In this document: piece after piece, positions 8,512 through 16,190 of the stretch | Position numbering within the stretch: the stretch's first letter is position 1 | How the letters are laid out: the number at the start of each line of letters is the position of its first letter | Source: Methanothermobacter marburgensis str. Marburg | GTDB lineage: Archaea; Methanobacteriota; Methanobacteria; Methanobacteriales; Methanothermobacteraceae | Length of the DNA: 32,000 bases | Direction: 5' to 3' | NCBI RefSeq assembly: GCF_000145295.1 | Contig: NC_014408.1 | Coordinates: forward strand, 1,020,001 to 1,052,000 | Position numbers and translations under genes: made by a program | Notes under the pieces: generated by a model | The model's database searches: none | Seen by the model: only the letters and a program-made list of their open reading frames with translations | Told to the model about the DNA's origin: nothing

Positions 8512-8787
8512 TTATACCCCTGGAGATGCAATTAAACCCACTATAAGGAGCATTACCATCATCCATCTTATTTCATACTCTTTTTCCTTCAACTCGTAGT
8601 AGAGCCAGCATAAAAGGAGAAGAGTGAACAAGCCTAAAGGGGCTGCTATTAGGGACAAAACATCACAATGATACTTAAGCGCAAGAATACATAGGAACAT
8701 AACTATGCAGATAAGAGGATAAGCCCTCTTATACCAAGATTCATAATCCAATAAGATCCCCTCCACTTTAGATATATACTGCTTCAT
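8512..8787 (-). CDS. Small 3-TM membrane protein, type-1 partner (immunity-like) of the full-length 837-aa protein
   Basis: 91-aa ORF from an ATG inside the upstream gene. A more likely start is TTG 8751, preceded by GGAGGGG (6-nt spacer), which matches the start context of paralogue 5162..5407. Confidence 0.6.
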   Translation of the reverse strand: MKQYISKVEGILLDYESWYKRAYPLICIVMFLCILALKYHCDVLSLIAAPLGLFTLLLLCWLYYELKEKEYEIRWMMVMLLIVGLIASPGV

Positions 8788-9551
8788 CCCACCTCAAACT
8801 ACCATCAGGATTCTTCGGTATTTCAATATAGTGTATACAATGATCCTCACCAACATAACATCTCAACTCATAACCATCGTACCAGGAACGATGATACGAT
8901 ATATACTTCCAATACTCTTTTGGAAGATAATAATCTCTAAAGCTCAATATTTTATCACCAAACCACATACAAAACCCAATTGACCCTAATATCGCCCCAG
9001 CACCTCCTTTTGACACGTATCCAAAAACAGTAAGTAAAATATCTATAATGTCTTTTGGAATGTATGTTTGATGTTCTATGATAAATTCTTTGATATCGTC
9101 TGTGATGTTTAGGAGGCCTGTGTAGGCTATTATTGTTGCATATGCTGCCATGTTGAGTCCTATAAGTCCCTGACCCACAAGAGCATAATTGAGGATATCA
9201 ACGAAAGCCATTGGACCTTCCAGGGCAATGTACATGGAGATTACAAGGCCAATATAGGCCTTCTTGATACTATCATCTAAACCTTCAAGGTTTACTGTGC
9301 CATTACCATCCAAGAGCGAATCTAACTTTTCAGAGAATATTATGGCTTGGCCAAGTTCCCGGGCCCATTCTGTCTGTTGGTGGTAGTAGCAGTATGCTCC
9401 CATGAAAGCATAGATCATGTCCCTTACTATCCCTGTTACATGGTCTATGATGAGGTATCTTCCCTGCCCGTCACTGATAAGCGTGTAATTCTCGCTTTCG
9501 AGGATGTTTAGTGACCCGCCGTTGAGGAGTGTTAGGCCTATTCCTGTTGTG
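8768..9551 (-). repeat. 784-bp master copy of the segment duplicated at 5520..6300
   Basis: See the entry for 5520..6300. The two copies differ in length by one codon. Confidence 0.9.
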
Positions 9552-11281
9552 GGCGCGCTTGTGGGGTCTGATCCTGGGAAGAGGGCCTCCATCACATAGT
9601 ATTCTATTGGATTTATAGCTGATGTTCTCGCATAATTGAATGCTTTAATGTTTTCAGGTGTGCCTTCTGCTTTCACGGCCATGTTGTGGTTGCATTCGAG
9701 GCTTATCCATGTTCCGAGGGCGTGGTCTCCTGCTGAGACCATCACTGGCATGGTCCTGGTCCATGTTACATTATAGCGCGTGGCTGCTTCTTCTGCGATG
9801 AGATCGTGGAGGTATATTACTTCAAGGCCTGTTAGGAATGTTCCGTAGGCTGCCTTTAATGGTCCGGGTTCGTATGTCCTGTTTAGCCACTTTTGTAATG
9901 TCTGGTTTGTTATCTTCCCTGTGGCGAGGGTGTAGGTTATGATGGCGTCGTAGTTGCTAGCCTCCCAGATGAGAGTGTCGTTTATTATGATATTGGGTCC
10001 TGTTTCTCCTGGTGGGTGTATGTATTGGCCGTTTGTGTAGAGTAGGAGGAGTGTTCTTGTTGATTTGTTCCCTGGGAATGTTATATTGGCTATTGTCACC
10101 TTTTCCTCGCCGGGATACTCCACACTGACCTGTAAAGGGTCTATGCACTTGTTATAGTTTGTGAGTATGAATGTCTTTTCTGCCTGGGTTAAATTGAAGT
10201 TGTTGAGATATTCATTCACTTGAGGTTCTGCTCCGAGTTTTGTGTAAATTTCTATGAGTCTGTTCAGGCCAGCTATGACTTGCCAGACTATTTCTCTTTG
10301 ACTCTGGCTGTTAGCCTGGTAGAATGGGTTAGTGACCTCGGCTAGTTTGTATGCTATGCCATCCTCCACAAGGAATATTGTTTCATTGAATAGGCCCGAA
10401 GCTATAGCCCCTATACTAATCCATTTAACCGTGTCATTGAGCGGAATTTTAAATGTTAAATTTAGGGGCTTCCCAGAGGATGTTGCCGTGGAATTAACAT
10501 GGACCGTTGCAAGCATAACCTCCAATGTCATAGTCTTCGTGTCTGTTATGCCATAGGCTTGGATTGTTAGGGTTGCTTTGTAGGTTCCTGGTTTGTAGGC
10601 GTGTACTGGATTCTTCTGGGTGCTTGTGCTTTGGTCTCCGAAGTCCCATTTGTAGTATTGTATTGTCCCTGTACTTTTATCCTGGAACTGGACATTATAG
10701 CCTTGTATTGTGTAGGTGTAGTCTGCCCTTGGCCTTGTCAGGGTTCCGGCCTTACCTGTAACATATTTTACTGTTACATGGTTTGGTAGTCTTCCTGTGC
10801 TGTTGTAGAAGTTTATTATCCTTGCATTGGCATATATTAGGCTTTCTGGGCGGATTTGTCCGATGGCTGTGCTGGCATAATTCGGCGACCTCCCATAGGA
10901 TTCCATGAAAGCCTTAACATTCTTTGCCACCTGCAGGTATCCTGCTTTTTGGAGTGTTCCTGTTCCTGTTCCACTTGGACTGGGCGGGGAGGCCATACTA
11001 TTGAATGACAAGCCAACTCTCCTAGCCTGATCGAGGTTTATGATGGTTGTGGATGAGGCGTAGAGGTAGTCGTCTGCCGACACATTCTTACCGTTAATCA
11101 CAACCTGTGATGGTATTTTTTCATGTTGTGCGGTGTAATTTCCGATCAGCTTTGAAGCGTCACAAATCTCATTATAGGATAAACTCACAGCTGAAGAACT
11201 GCCCAGAAAACAGAAAAAGGACAGGATCGCCAGAAAAAACAACAACCTCCTCACAGCCACCACCATAATATGATAACACAT
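8768..11281 (-). CDS. Full-length secreted wall-binding protein: signal peptide, 2 pseudomurein-binding-like repeats, PKD domain, ~300-aa unknown region, junction motif, variable C-terminal module (type 1)
   Basis: 837-aa ORF. The signal-like N-terminus is (MCYHI)MVVAVRRLLFFLAILSFFCFLGSSSA. The PKD signature is WDFGDQSTSTQKNPVHAYKPGTYKATLTI. The segments KIPSQVVINGKNVSADDYLY and GRLPNHVTV resemble pseudomurein-binding repeats (from memory). About 15 N-x-S/T sequons are present. The variable window is 8930..9058. Confidence 0.85.
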   Translation of the reverse strand: MCYHIMVVAVRRLLFFLAILSFFCFLGSSSAVSLSYNEICDASKLIGNYTAQHEKIPSQVVINGKNVSADDYLYASSTTIINLDQARRVGLSFNSMASPPSPSGTGTGTLQKAGYLQVAKNVKAFMESYGRSPNYASTAIGQIRPESLIYANARIINFYNSTGRLPNHVTVKYVTGKAGTLTRPRADYTYTIQGYNVQFQDKSTGTIQYYKWDFGDQSTSTQKNPVHAYKPGTYKATLTIQAYGITDTKTMTLEVMLATVHVNSTATSSGKPLNLTFKIPLNDTVKWISIGAIASGLFNETIFLVEDGIAYKLAEVTNPFYQANSQSQREIVWQVIAGLNRLIEIYTKLGAEPQVNEYLNNFNLTQAEKTFILTNYNKCIDPLQVSVEYPGEEKVTIANITFPGNKSTRTLLLLYTNGQYIHPPGETGPNIIINDTLIWEASNYDAIITYTLATGKITNQTLQKWLNRTYEPGPLKAAYGTFLTGLEVIYLHDLIAEEAATRYNVTWTRTMPVMVSAGDHALGTWISLECNHNMAVKAEGTPENIKAFNYARTSAINPIEYYVMEALFPGSDPTSAPTTGIGLTLLNGGSLNILESENYTLISDGQGRYLIIDHVTGIVRDMIYAFMGAYCYYHQQTEWARELGQAIIFSEKLDSLLDGNGTVNLEGLDDSIKKAYIGLVISMYIALEGPMAFVDILNYALVGQGLIGLNMAAYATIIAYTGLLNITDDIKEFIIEHQTYIPKDIIDILLTVFGYVSKGGAGAILGSIGFCMWFGDKILSFRDYYLPKEYWKYISYHRSWYDGYELRCYVGEDHCIHYIEIPKNPDGSLRWDEAVYI

Positions 11282-11316
11282 TATAGTATAAAAAGATTAC
11301 TATCTCTTTTAGGGGC

Positions 11317-11332
11317 GAAAAATATAAAAGGT
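11317..11332 (-). promoter_or_regulatory. TATA-box-like element upstream of the 837-aa gene
   Basis: The minus strand reads ccTTTTATATTTTTc, centred ~43 nt upstream of ATG 11281. This is pattern resemblance to archaeal TATA boxes only. Confidence 0.3.
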
Positions 11333-11432
11333 GGGATTTAAGACAAGAGCATGAATCCCATCATTACAAGCTTAAACAGGAAAAATAGGCACTTACCATC
11401 CCCCCCAGATGGGCAAAGAGAAACCTCATTTC

Positions 11433-11449
11433 TTTACATAATGATTCTT
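11433..11449. repeat. 17-nt direct repeat tttacataatgattctt, right copy (left copy at 3328..3344)
   Basis: Exact match read from the sequence, ~150 nt upstream of the 837-aa gene. Confidence 0.8.
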
Positions 11450-11824
11450 CTAAGGGAATACAGAATTTTTCCTGCTCCCCCATTCTTAGGTGTTCCTACA
11501 ATATGCAATGGAGAAGTATGAAGTAGGAAGGAAAACACAGGGTAAAAAGATATTATTGGTGAAACCGTGAAAAACACCTATACAAAAATATACTATAAAC
11601 GATATTGTACATGAGATCAGAAGAAAAAACAAAAACAGGGAAATACTCATTATCTTTAACGAAGTACAGCAGATGTCAAAAAGCACAATGCGAATTTTCT
11701 TGATATAAAGAATAAGTTTCAGTGAGGTGTCATAAAAACAATAAACCCAGTCCCTCCAATGGGATATGATGACGGGTCAGGTGTACCATAAAAACAATAA
11801 ATATCCAGAAACAGAGCTTTAACA

Positions 11825-12988
11825 ATGATACGGTCAAAGTACGCCTTCCTCAAGAGGCTCACCAGGGACCTCAAAATGAGGTCCGTGGAGGTGGGAGAGG
11901 AGTTTGAGGGGGCCACACCCCCATCGGTATTCATAGGGAGCTGGAACTACCCCAGGGTCTACGCTGGACCCATGATAGCACCCATCCAGGGTGAGGTCGA
12001 GATATTTGACTCCCCTGAGAGATGGATACCCGAGAGTAAAACACAGGAGGAAATCATAGACTACCGCCTCAACCTCATAAGGGGCAAGCAGCTAGTGGGA
12101 GTCAGGGACCTTGATAACCATCTCGTGGAGAAGCTCCAGGAAATATCCCTCTCATCAGGGGCCATTGAAAGCGAGGCCCAGTTCAGGAGAAAACCAAGAG
12201 GCCTGTTTTTCAGTGAGGAGCAGACACCCCACGGCCCCAGCGCAGTCCTTGAAAACTTTGAGATAGAGAACGTCAAATGGGACCGTGAACTTGAAAGGGC
12301 CCACTACGACACCGACCTCAGGGCAGATGAGGCAATAGTGGAACTCCACAGAAAGGGAACCCCATTCTCTGCCATCCAGAAGGCCCTCTCGGTGGGTGCA
12401 CTTGGTGATGCCAGGAAAAGGAGGCTTGTCCCCACAAGGTGGTCAATAACAGCCTGCGACAGCACCCTGGCGGACCACTTCCACAGGAGGGTTCTTGAAT
12501 ATGATATCCTGGACATCTACAGGGTCCATGAATTTGAAAGCCTCAAAAACAGATACCTCATACTCCTCACACCCTCAGAGTGGCAGTATGAATGGATGGA
12601 GGCCTTTATAAAGCGTGACGGGCGTGCAATGATATTCTCAGACCATGAAACACTGAAGGGTAAGAGGGAGTACTCAAGGGTTGGTGGCTGCTACTACAGC
12701 GCCAGGATGGCTGTCCTTGAGGCCCTTGACAGGGAAGAGAAACAGGCAGGTGCAATCATACTCAGGGAGGCCTACCCGGGCTATGTGCCCCTGGGTGTCT
12801 TCAACGTCAGGGAGAACGTTAAAAACGCCATGAATGTAAGGCCACATGAGTTCAACGGCCTTAAAGAGGCCCTTGAATTCATGGACAGCAAACTTAAACT
12901 TGGACTTGATGCATTCAGAAGGAGGAGTAACCTGCTGCGGGACATCAGTTCTTCAAGGCAGACAACCCTGGACTCCTTCTTCAGGTGA
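11825..12988 (+). CDS. nreA: Nre-family archaeal DNA repair protein (DUF650/DUF651-like) with a C-terminal PCNA-interacting PIP box
   Basis: 387 aa. [20 protein letters not shown] resembles the Nre N-terminal region (from memory). The C-terminal QTTLDSFF (12959..12982) fits the PIP consensus Qxx[LIM]xx[FY][FY]. Confidence 0.6.
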   Translation: MIRSKYAFLKRLTRDLKMRSVEVGEEFEGATPPSVFIGSWNYPRVYAGPMIAPIQGEVEIFDSPERWIPESKTQEEIIDYRLNLIRGKQLVGVRDLDNHLVEKLQEISLSSGAIESEAQFRRKPRGLFFSEEQTPHGPSAVLENFEIENVKWDRELERAHYDTDLRADEAIVELHRKGTPFSAIQKALSVGALGDARKRRLVPTRWSITACDSTLADHFHRRVLEYDILDIYRVHEFESLKNRYLILLTPSEWQYEWMEAFIKRDGRAMIFSDHETLKGKREYSRVGGCYYSARMAVLEALDREEKQAGAIILREAYPGYVPLGVFNVRENVKNAMNVRPHEFNGLKEALEFMDSKLKLGLDAFRRRSNLLRDISSSRQTTLDSFFR

Positions 12989-12992
12989 TATC

Positions 12993-13982
12993 ATGAATTC
13001 AGAAACCCCAGCAGAGATGATGGAGGATCTTGAACCCCTTAGACTCAGATTCAGAGAACCATCACCTGAAACAAAAAGAGCCATCTGCAAAGCCGCACTC
13101 TACAGGGAAATACCAGACCCTGAAAAGAAAATCAGGAGGATCACAGGACACAGATACGCAAGACTCCTCAGCAGCGGGAATGCCGCAATCCTCCTCACTG
13201 TATCCCGGCTCGATGGTCCCATCCTCGTGCCTGACCAGGGCGGATGGCGGGGCTTTAAGAGGATACCTGAGATCCTTGGCAGGGAGGTTTTCACGGTCAA
13301 GACAGAGATGGGAATCATTGACCCTGAAGTCCTGGAATCACGTCTTGAAGATACAGGGGCCAGGGCAGTTTTTGTCACAAGCTTCGCCGGTTATACAGCG
13401 GAGCAACCCATCGCAGAACTCTCAGATATCTGCAGATCCCATGATGCAATCCTGGTTGAGGACGCATCCGGGAGCGTCTCTGACCCCCTTGAAAGGTTAT
13501 GCAATGGTAAAAAAAGTCACATTATAATTGCATCCACTGGCTCTCCAAAAACCGTTAACGCGGGTGGTGGCGGGTTCATCTCAACCTCCATTCCAGAGTT
13601 TGTGCAGCAGGACATGCTACTATCCGCCCTCAAGGCGGATCCATATGTGAGGGCTGCCGTTGCCGCCGAACTTGATGTCGCCAGGAGGAACCTCACAGAG
13701 ACCCTCAGGGCATGCAGTTACCTCAAAGAAAAACTTGAGGGGGCATTCCACCCTGAAAAAAGAGGTATAAATGTTATAATCCCATCCAGCACCCCCAGGG
13801 AGGATGTTAAAACTCTGAGAAAACTTATAACAGCAGATGGCAGGAGCATATTCACAGCATGCCCCTCACCTGACAGGATACTTGAGAGTGCAGTTGCAGT
13901 GGAGGTTAAGAACCTGGATGTGGGATGCCTCACCCATGAGAACCTTGAGAGGATGGCGGAGATCATCTCCTCTGTTATATGA
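12993..13982 (+). CDS. PLP-dependent-transferase-fold protein (DegT/SelA-like), function unknown
   Basis: ATG 12993 is preceded by GGTGAT. The listed 12846 start would overlap nreA. ILVEDASGS plus STGSPKTVNAGGGGFI resemble the Asp and Schiff-base Lys regions of fold-type I enzymes. Confidence 0.4.
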   Translation: MNSETPAEMMEDLEPLRLRFREPSPETKRAICKAALYREIPDPEKKIRRITGHRYARLLSSGNAAILLTVSRLDGPILVPDQGGWRGFKRIPEILGREVFTVKTEMGIIDPEVLESRLEDTGARAVFVTSFAGYTAEQPIAELSDICRSHDAILVEDASGSVSDPLERLCNGKKSHIIIASTGSPKTVNAGGGGFISTSIPEFVQQDMLLSALKADPYVRAAVAAELDVARRNLTETLRACSYLKEKLEGAFHPEKRGINVIIPSSTPREDVKTLRKLITADGRSIFTACPSPDRILESAVAVEVKNLDVGCLTHENLERMAEIISSVI

Positions 13983-14013
13983 AGGTGGAGTATCCTCAAA
14001 TCCCCATCATAAA

Positions 14014-14484
14014 CTATAAAACCTGGAGCATCGTCGTCCTCTCTATGAGTGCATTCTCAACTCCAACTGTTTTTACCTCCTCCCCAAGACCATAGAGGCT
14101 TCTGAGATAATCCTCATCTGGTTCAAGGACCCTGTCATCCCTCTGGAACCGGGAATCAAGGAATTCCTGGACATCAGTCTCGCAGTCCACAAGGATCGCG
14201 CAGATCTCCATTTCACCCTTCCTGACACCTAAAAGTTCAAGGGCCCGGCTTATCTGCCTGATACCTGCAATACGTAGGCATATCTCAATTCCAGGGTCGC
14301 TGGAAATATTCTGACCCCTCTCAAAGGCCCTGAGGGCGTGGAGTGCACCATGGAGTGCATGGTCACTCCCTGCAACGGCCCTGGCATCAACAAGCTGGAG
14401 TGTGCATGGGAACCCTCTTATCTCATTCAGGAGTTCATCCAGGTCTTCAATGGTTCCACGGTATCCCCTGATATCTATATTCAC
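14014..14484 (-). CDS. cgi121: Cgi121-like KEOPS complex subunit (tentative)
   Basis: 156 aa. The GTG start comes immediately after the upstream stop. Size and a pattern resembling archaeal Cgi121 (LQLVDARAVAGSDHALHGALHALRAF..GQNIS) support the call. This is from memory only. Confidence 0.45.
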   Translation of the reverse strand: MNIDIRGYRGTIEDLDELLNEIRGFPCTLQLVDARAVAGSDHALHGALHALRAFERGQNISSDPGIEICLRIAGIRQISRALELLGVRKGEMEICAILVDCETDVQEFLDSRFQRDDRVLEPDEDYLRSLYGLGEEVKTVGVENALIERTTMLQVL

Positions 14485-15981
14485 CTAACCACCCTTCTGA
14501 TTCTGAGCTGCCTCATTTGCCAGCAGCCTGTTAACACCGCTGAGGAAGGCCTCCACACTGGCCATGATGATGTCAGGCTGGGTGCTCCTGGCACTTATTA
14601 TCCTGTCACCGTGCCTCAGCTTTATAACAACATCGATGAGGGCATCTGTACCCCCTGTTATGGCGTCCACATGGTACTCCTCAAGGGTGATATCTGCAAA
14701 GTCCTCAAGGCTCTTCTTTATGGCAACTATGGCAGCATCCACCGGACCAACCCCTATACCTGCCTCAAGGACCTCATTACCATCCACCCTAAGTTTGACC
14801 GATGCTGTGGGTGTCACCCGGTTACCTGAGACTATGGTGACCTCCTCAAGGTCCACAACCTTGTCCTCCATGACCCCGAGAACATCCTCTGCTATGGCCT
14901 GGAGGTCCACGTCGGTGACACATTTACCCATATCCCCCAGTGCCTTGACCCTCCTGAATATCTTCATCAGCTTATCCTCATCGACCTTCATTCCAAGCTC
15001 ATCAAGCCTCTGTCTGAGGGCATGGGTCCCTATGTGTTTGCCCATGACGAACCTTCTCCTGTGGCCAACCATCTCAGGTGTTATTGGTTCATAGGTTTCC
15101 GCCTTCTTGAGGACTCCATCTGCATGTATCCCCGATTCATGGGCGAATGCGTTTTCACCGACTATTGCCTTGTTTGGCTGCAGGTATACCCCGGTCATCC
15201 TTGCGACCATTCTGGAGGTCTCATAGAGCATCTCGATGTTGATGTTTGTATCAACATCATAGAGTGATTTGAGTGCAACCACAACCTCCTCAAGGGCTGC
15301 GTTACCTGCACGTTCACCTATGCCATTGATGGTTGCGTGGACCTCGGATGCTCCTGCCCTTAAACCGGCGAGGGAGTTTGCAACTGCCAGTCCAAAGTCG
15401 TTGTGGCAGTGGACACTCAGCGGGACCCCAAGTTCTGAGAGTTCACCGTAGAATTCATAGGAGCGTTCAGGTGTGAGCATCCCCACGGTGTCACAGGCGC
15501 ATATCCTCTCTGCCCCTGCAGCTATACCCTCAGTGAATACCCTCCTGAGGAATTCCATGTCGCTACGTGTTGAGTCCTCTGCTGAGAGTTCAACCAGGAG
15601 GCCATGGTCAACTGCGTACTCTGTGCAGTCCACCGCCTGTTCAAGGACCTCCTCCCTTGTTTTTCTTAGCTTGTGTTCAAGGTGCAGGTCAGAGGTGGGC
15701 ACAACCAGGTGCACACTGTCAACTTCACATGAGAGCGCGGCGTCTATGTCATCCCTGACAGCCCTTGAAAAGCTGCAGATCTCAGCGTTCAGACCCTCTG
15801 ATGTGATTCTCCTGATACCTTCTCTTTCACCCTCTGATGTGATTGCTGAGCCGGCCTCGATGATGTCAGCCCCCAGATCATCGATTTTTAGTGCTATTCT
15901 GAGTTTCTCCTCCGGGGTAAGGGAAACCCCTGGTGTCTGTTCTCCATCCCTCAGTGTGGTGTCAAGTACTCTAACCTGCAA
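14485..15981 (-). CDS. cimA: (R)-citramalate synthase / 2-isopropylmalate synthase family enzyme with a C-terminal LeuA-type regulatory domain
   Basis: [17 protein letters not shown] and [15 protein letters not shown] motifs are present, in 498 aa. [12 protein letters not shown] resembles methanogen CimA more than LeuA (from memory). Distinguishing CimA from LeuA needs phylogeny. Confidence 0.75.
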   Translation of the reverse strand: MQVRVLDTTLRDGEQTPGVSLTPEEKLRIALKIDDLGADIIEAGSAITSEGEREGIRRITSEGLNAEICSFSRAVRDDIDAALSCEVDSVHLVVPTSDLHLEHKLRKTREEVLEQAVDCTEYAVDHGLLVELSAEDSTRSDMEFLRRVFTEGIAAGAERICACDTVGMLTPERSYEFYGELSELGVPLSVHCHNDFGLAVANSLAGLRAGASEVHATINGIGERAGNAALEEVVVALKSLYDVDTNINIEMLYETSRMVARMTGVYLQPNKAIVGENAFAHESGIHADGVLKKAETYEPITPEMVGHRRRFVMGKHIGTHALRQRLDELGMKVDEDKLMKIFRRVKALGDMGKCVTDVDLQAIAEDVLGVMEDKVVDLEEVTIVSGNRVTPTASVKLRVDGNEVLEAGIGVGPVDAAIVAIKKSLEDFADITLEEYHVDAITGGTDALIDVVIKLRHGDRIISARSTQPDIIMASVEAFLSGVNRLLANEAAQNQKGG

Positions 15982-16045
15982 ATTAATCCCTCTTTCAGGT
16001 GCTCAGAAAATAGTTATTTTAGATTTTAGTTCCGACACTTATATA

Positions 16046-16139
16046 TGGTTAAGTGTTCAGTTCTGTGCAAAGGATGACTATGGTTAAGTGTTCAGTTCTG
16101 TGCAAAGGATGACTATGGTTAAGCGTTCAGTCCTCTGCG
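16046..16139. repeat. 35-bp tandem repeat, 2 identical copies plus a degenerate third, upstream of the cimA-like gene
   Basis: 16046..16080 and 16081..16115 are identical (tggttaagtgttcagttctgtgcaaaggatgacta). 16116..16139 matches with 3 mismatches. Confidence 0.95.
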
Positions 16140-16190
16140 GTGGAGGGCGCCAACCCGCACCTGTTCACTTCATAAAATGTGTTGATACCG

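Noticed and set aside
2952-11451. Whether the cassette locus is a mobile element or prophage remnant.
   Set aside because: It contains no integrase, transposase, recombinase or tRNA gene. Apart from the 17-nt flank repeat, nothing points to mobility, so I did not call a mobile_element feature.
11486-11686. 66-aa ORF (and 11719..11934) in the long AT-rich spacer upstream of the 837-aa gene.
   Set aside because: The Phe/Leu/Ile/Cys-rich translation is what T-rich DNA produces. There is no SD and no homology to the small partner families. 11719..11934 overlaps the Nre-type gene start.
12846-12992. The N-terminal 49 codons of listed ORF 12846..13982.
   Set aside because: They would overlap the 3' end of the Nre-type gene by 143 nt. 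ATG 12993, with a GGTGAT SD just after the upstream stop, is the more credible start.
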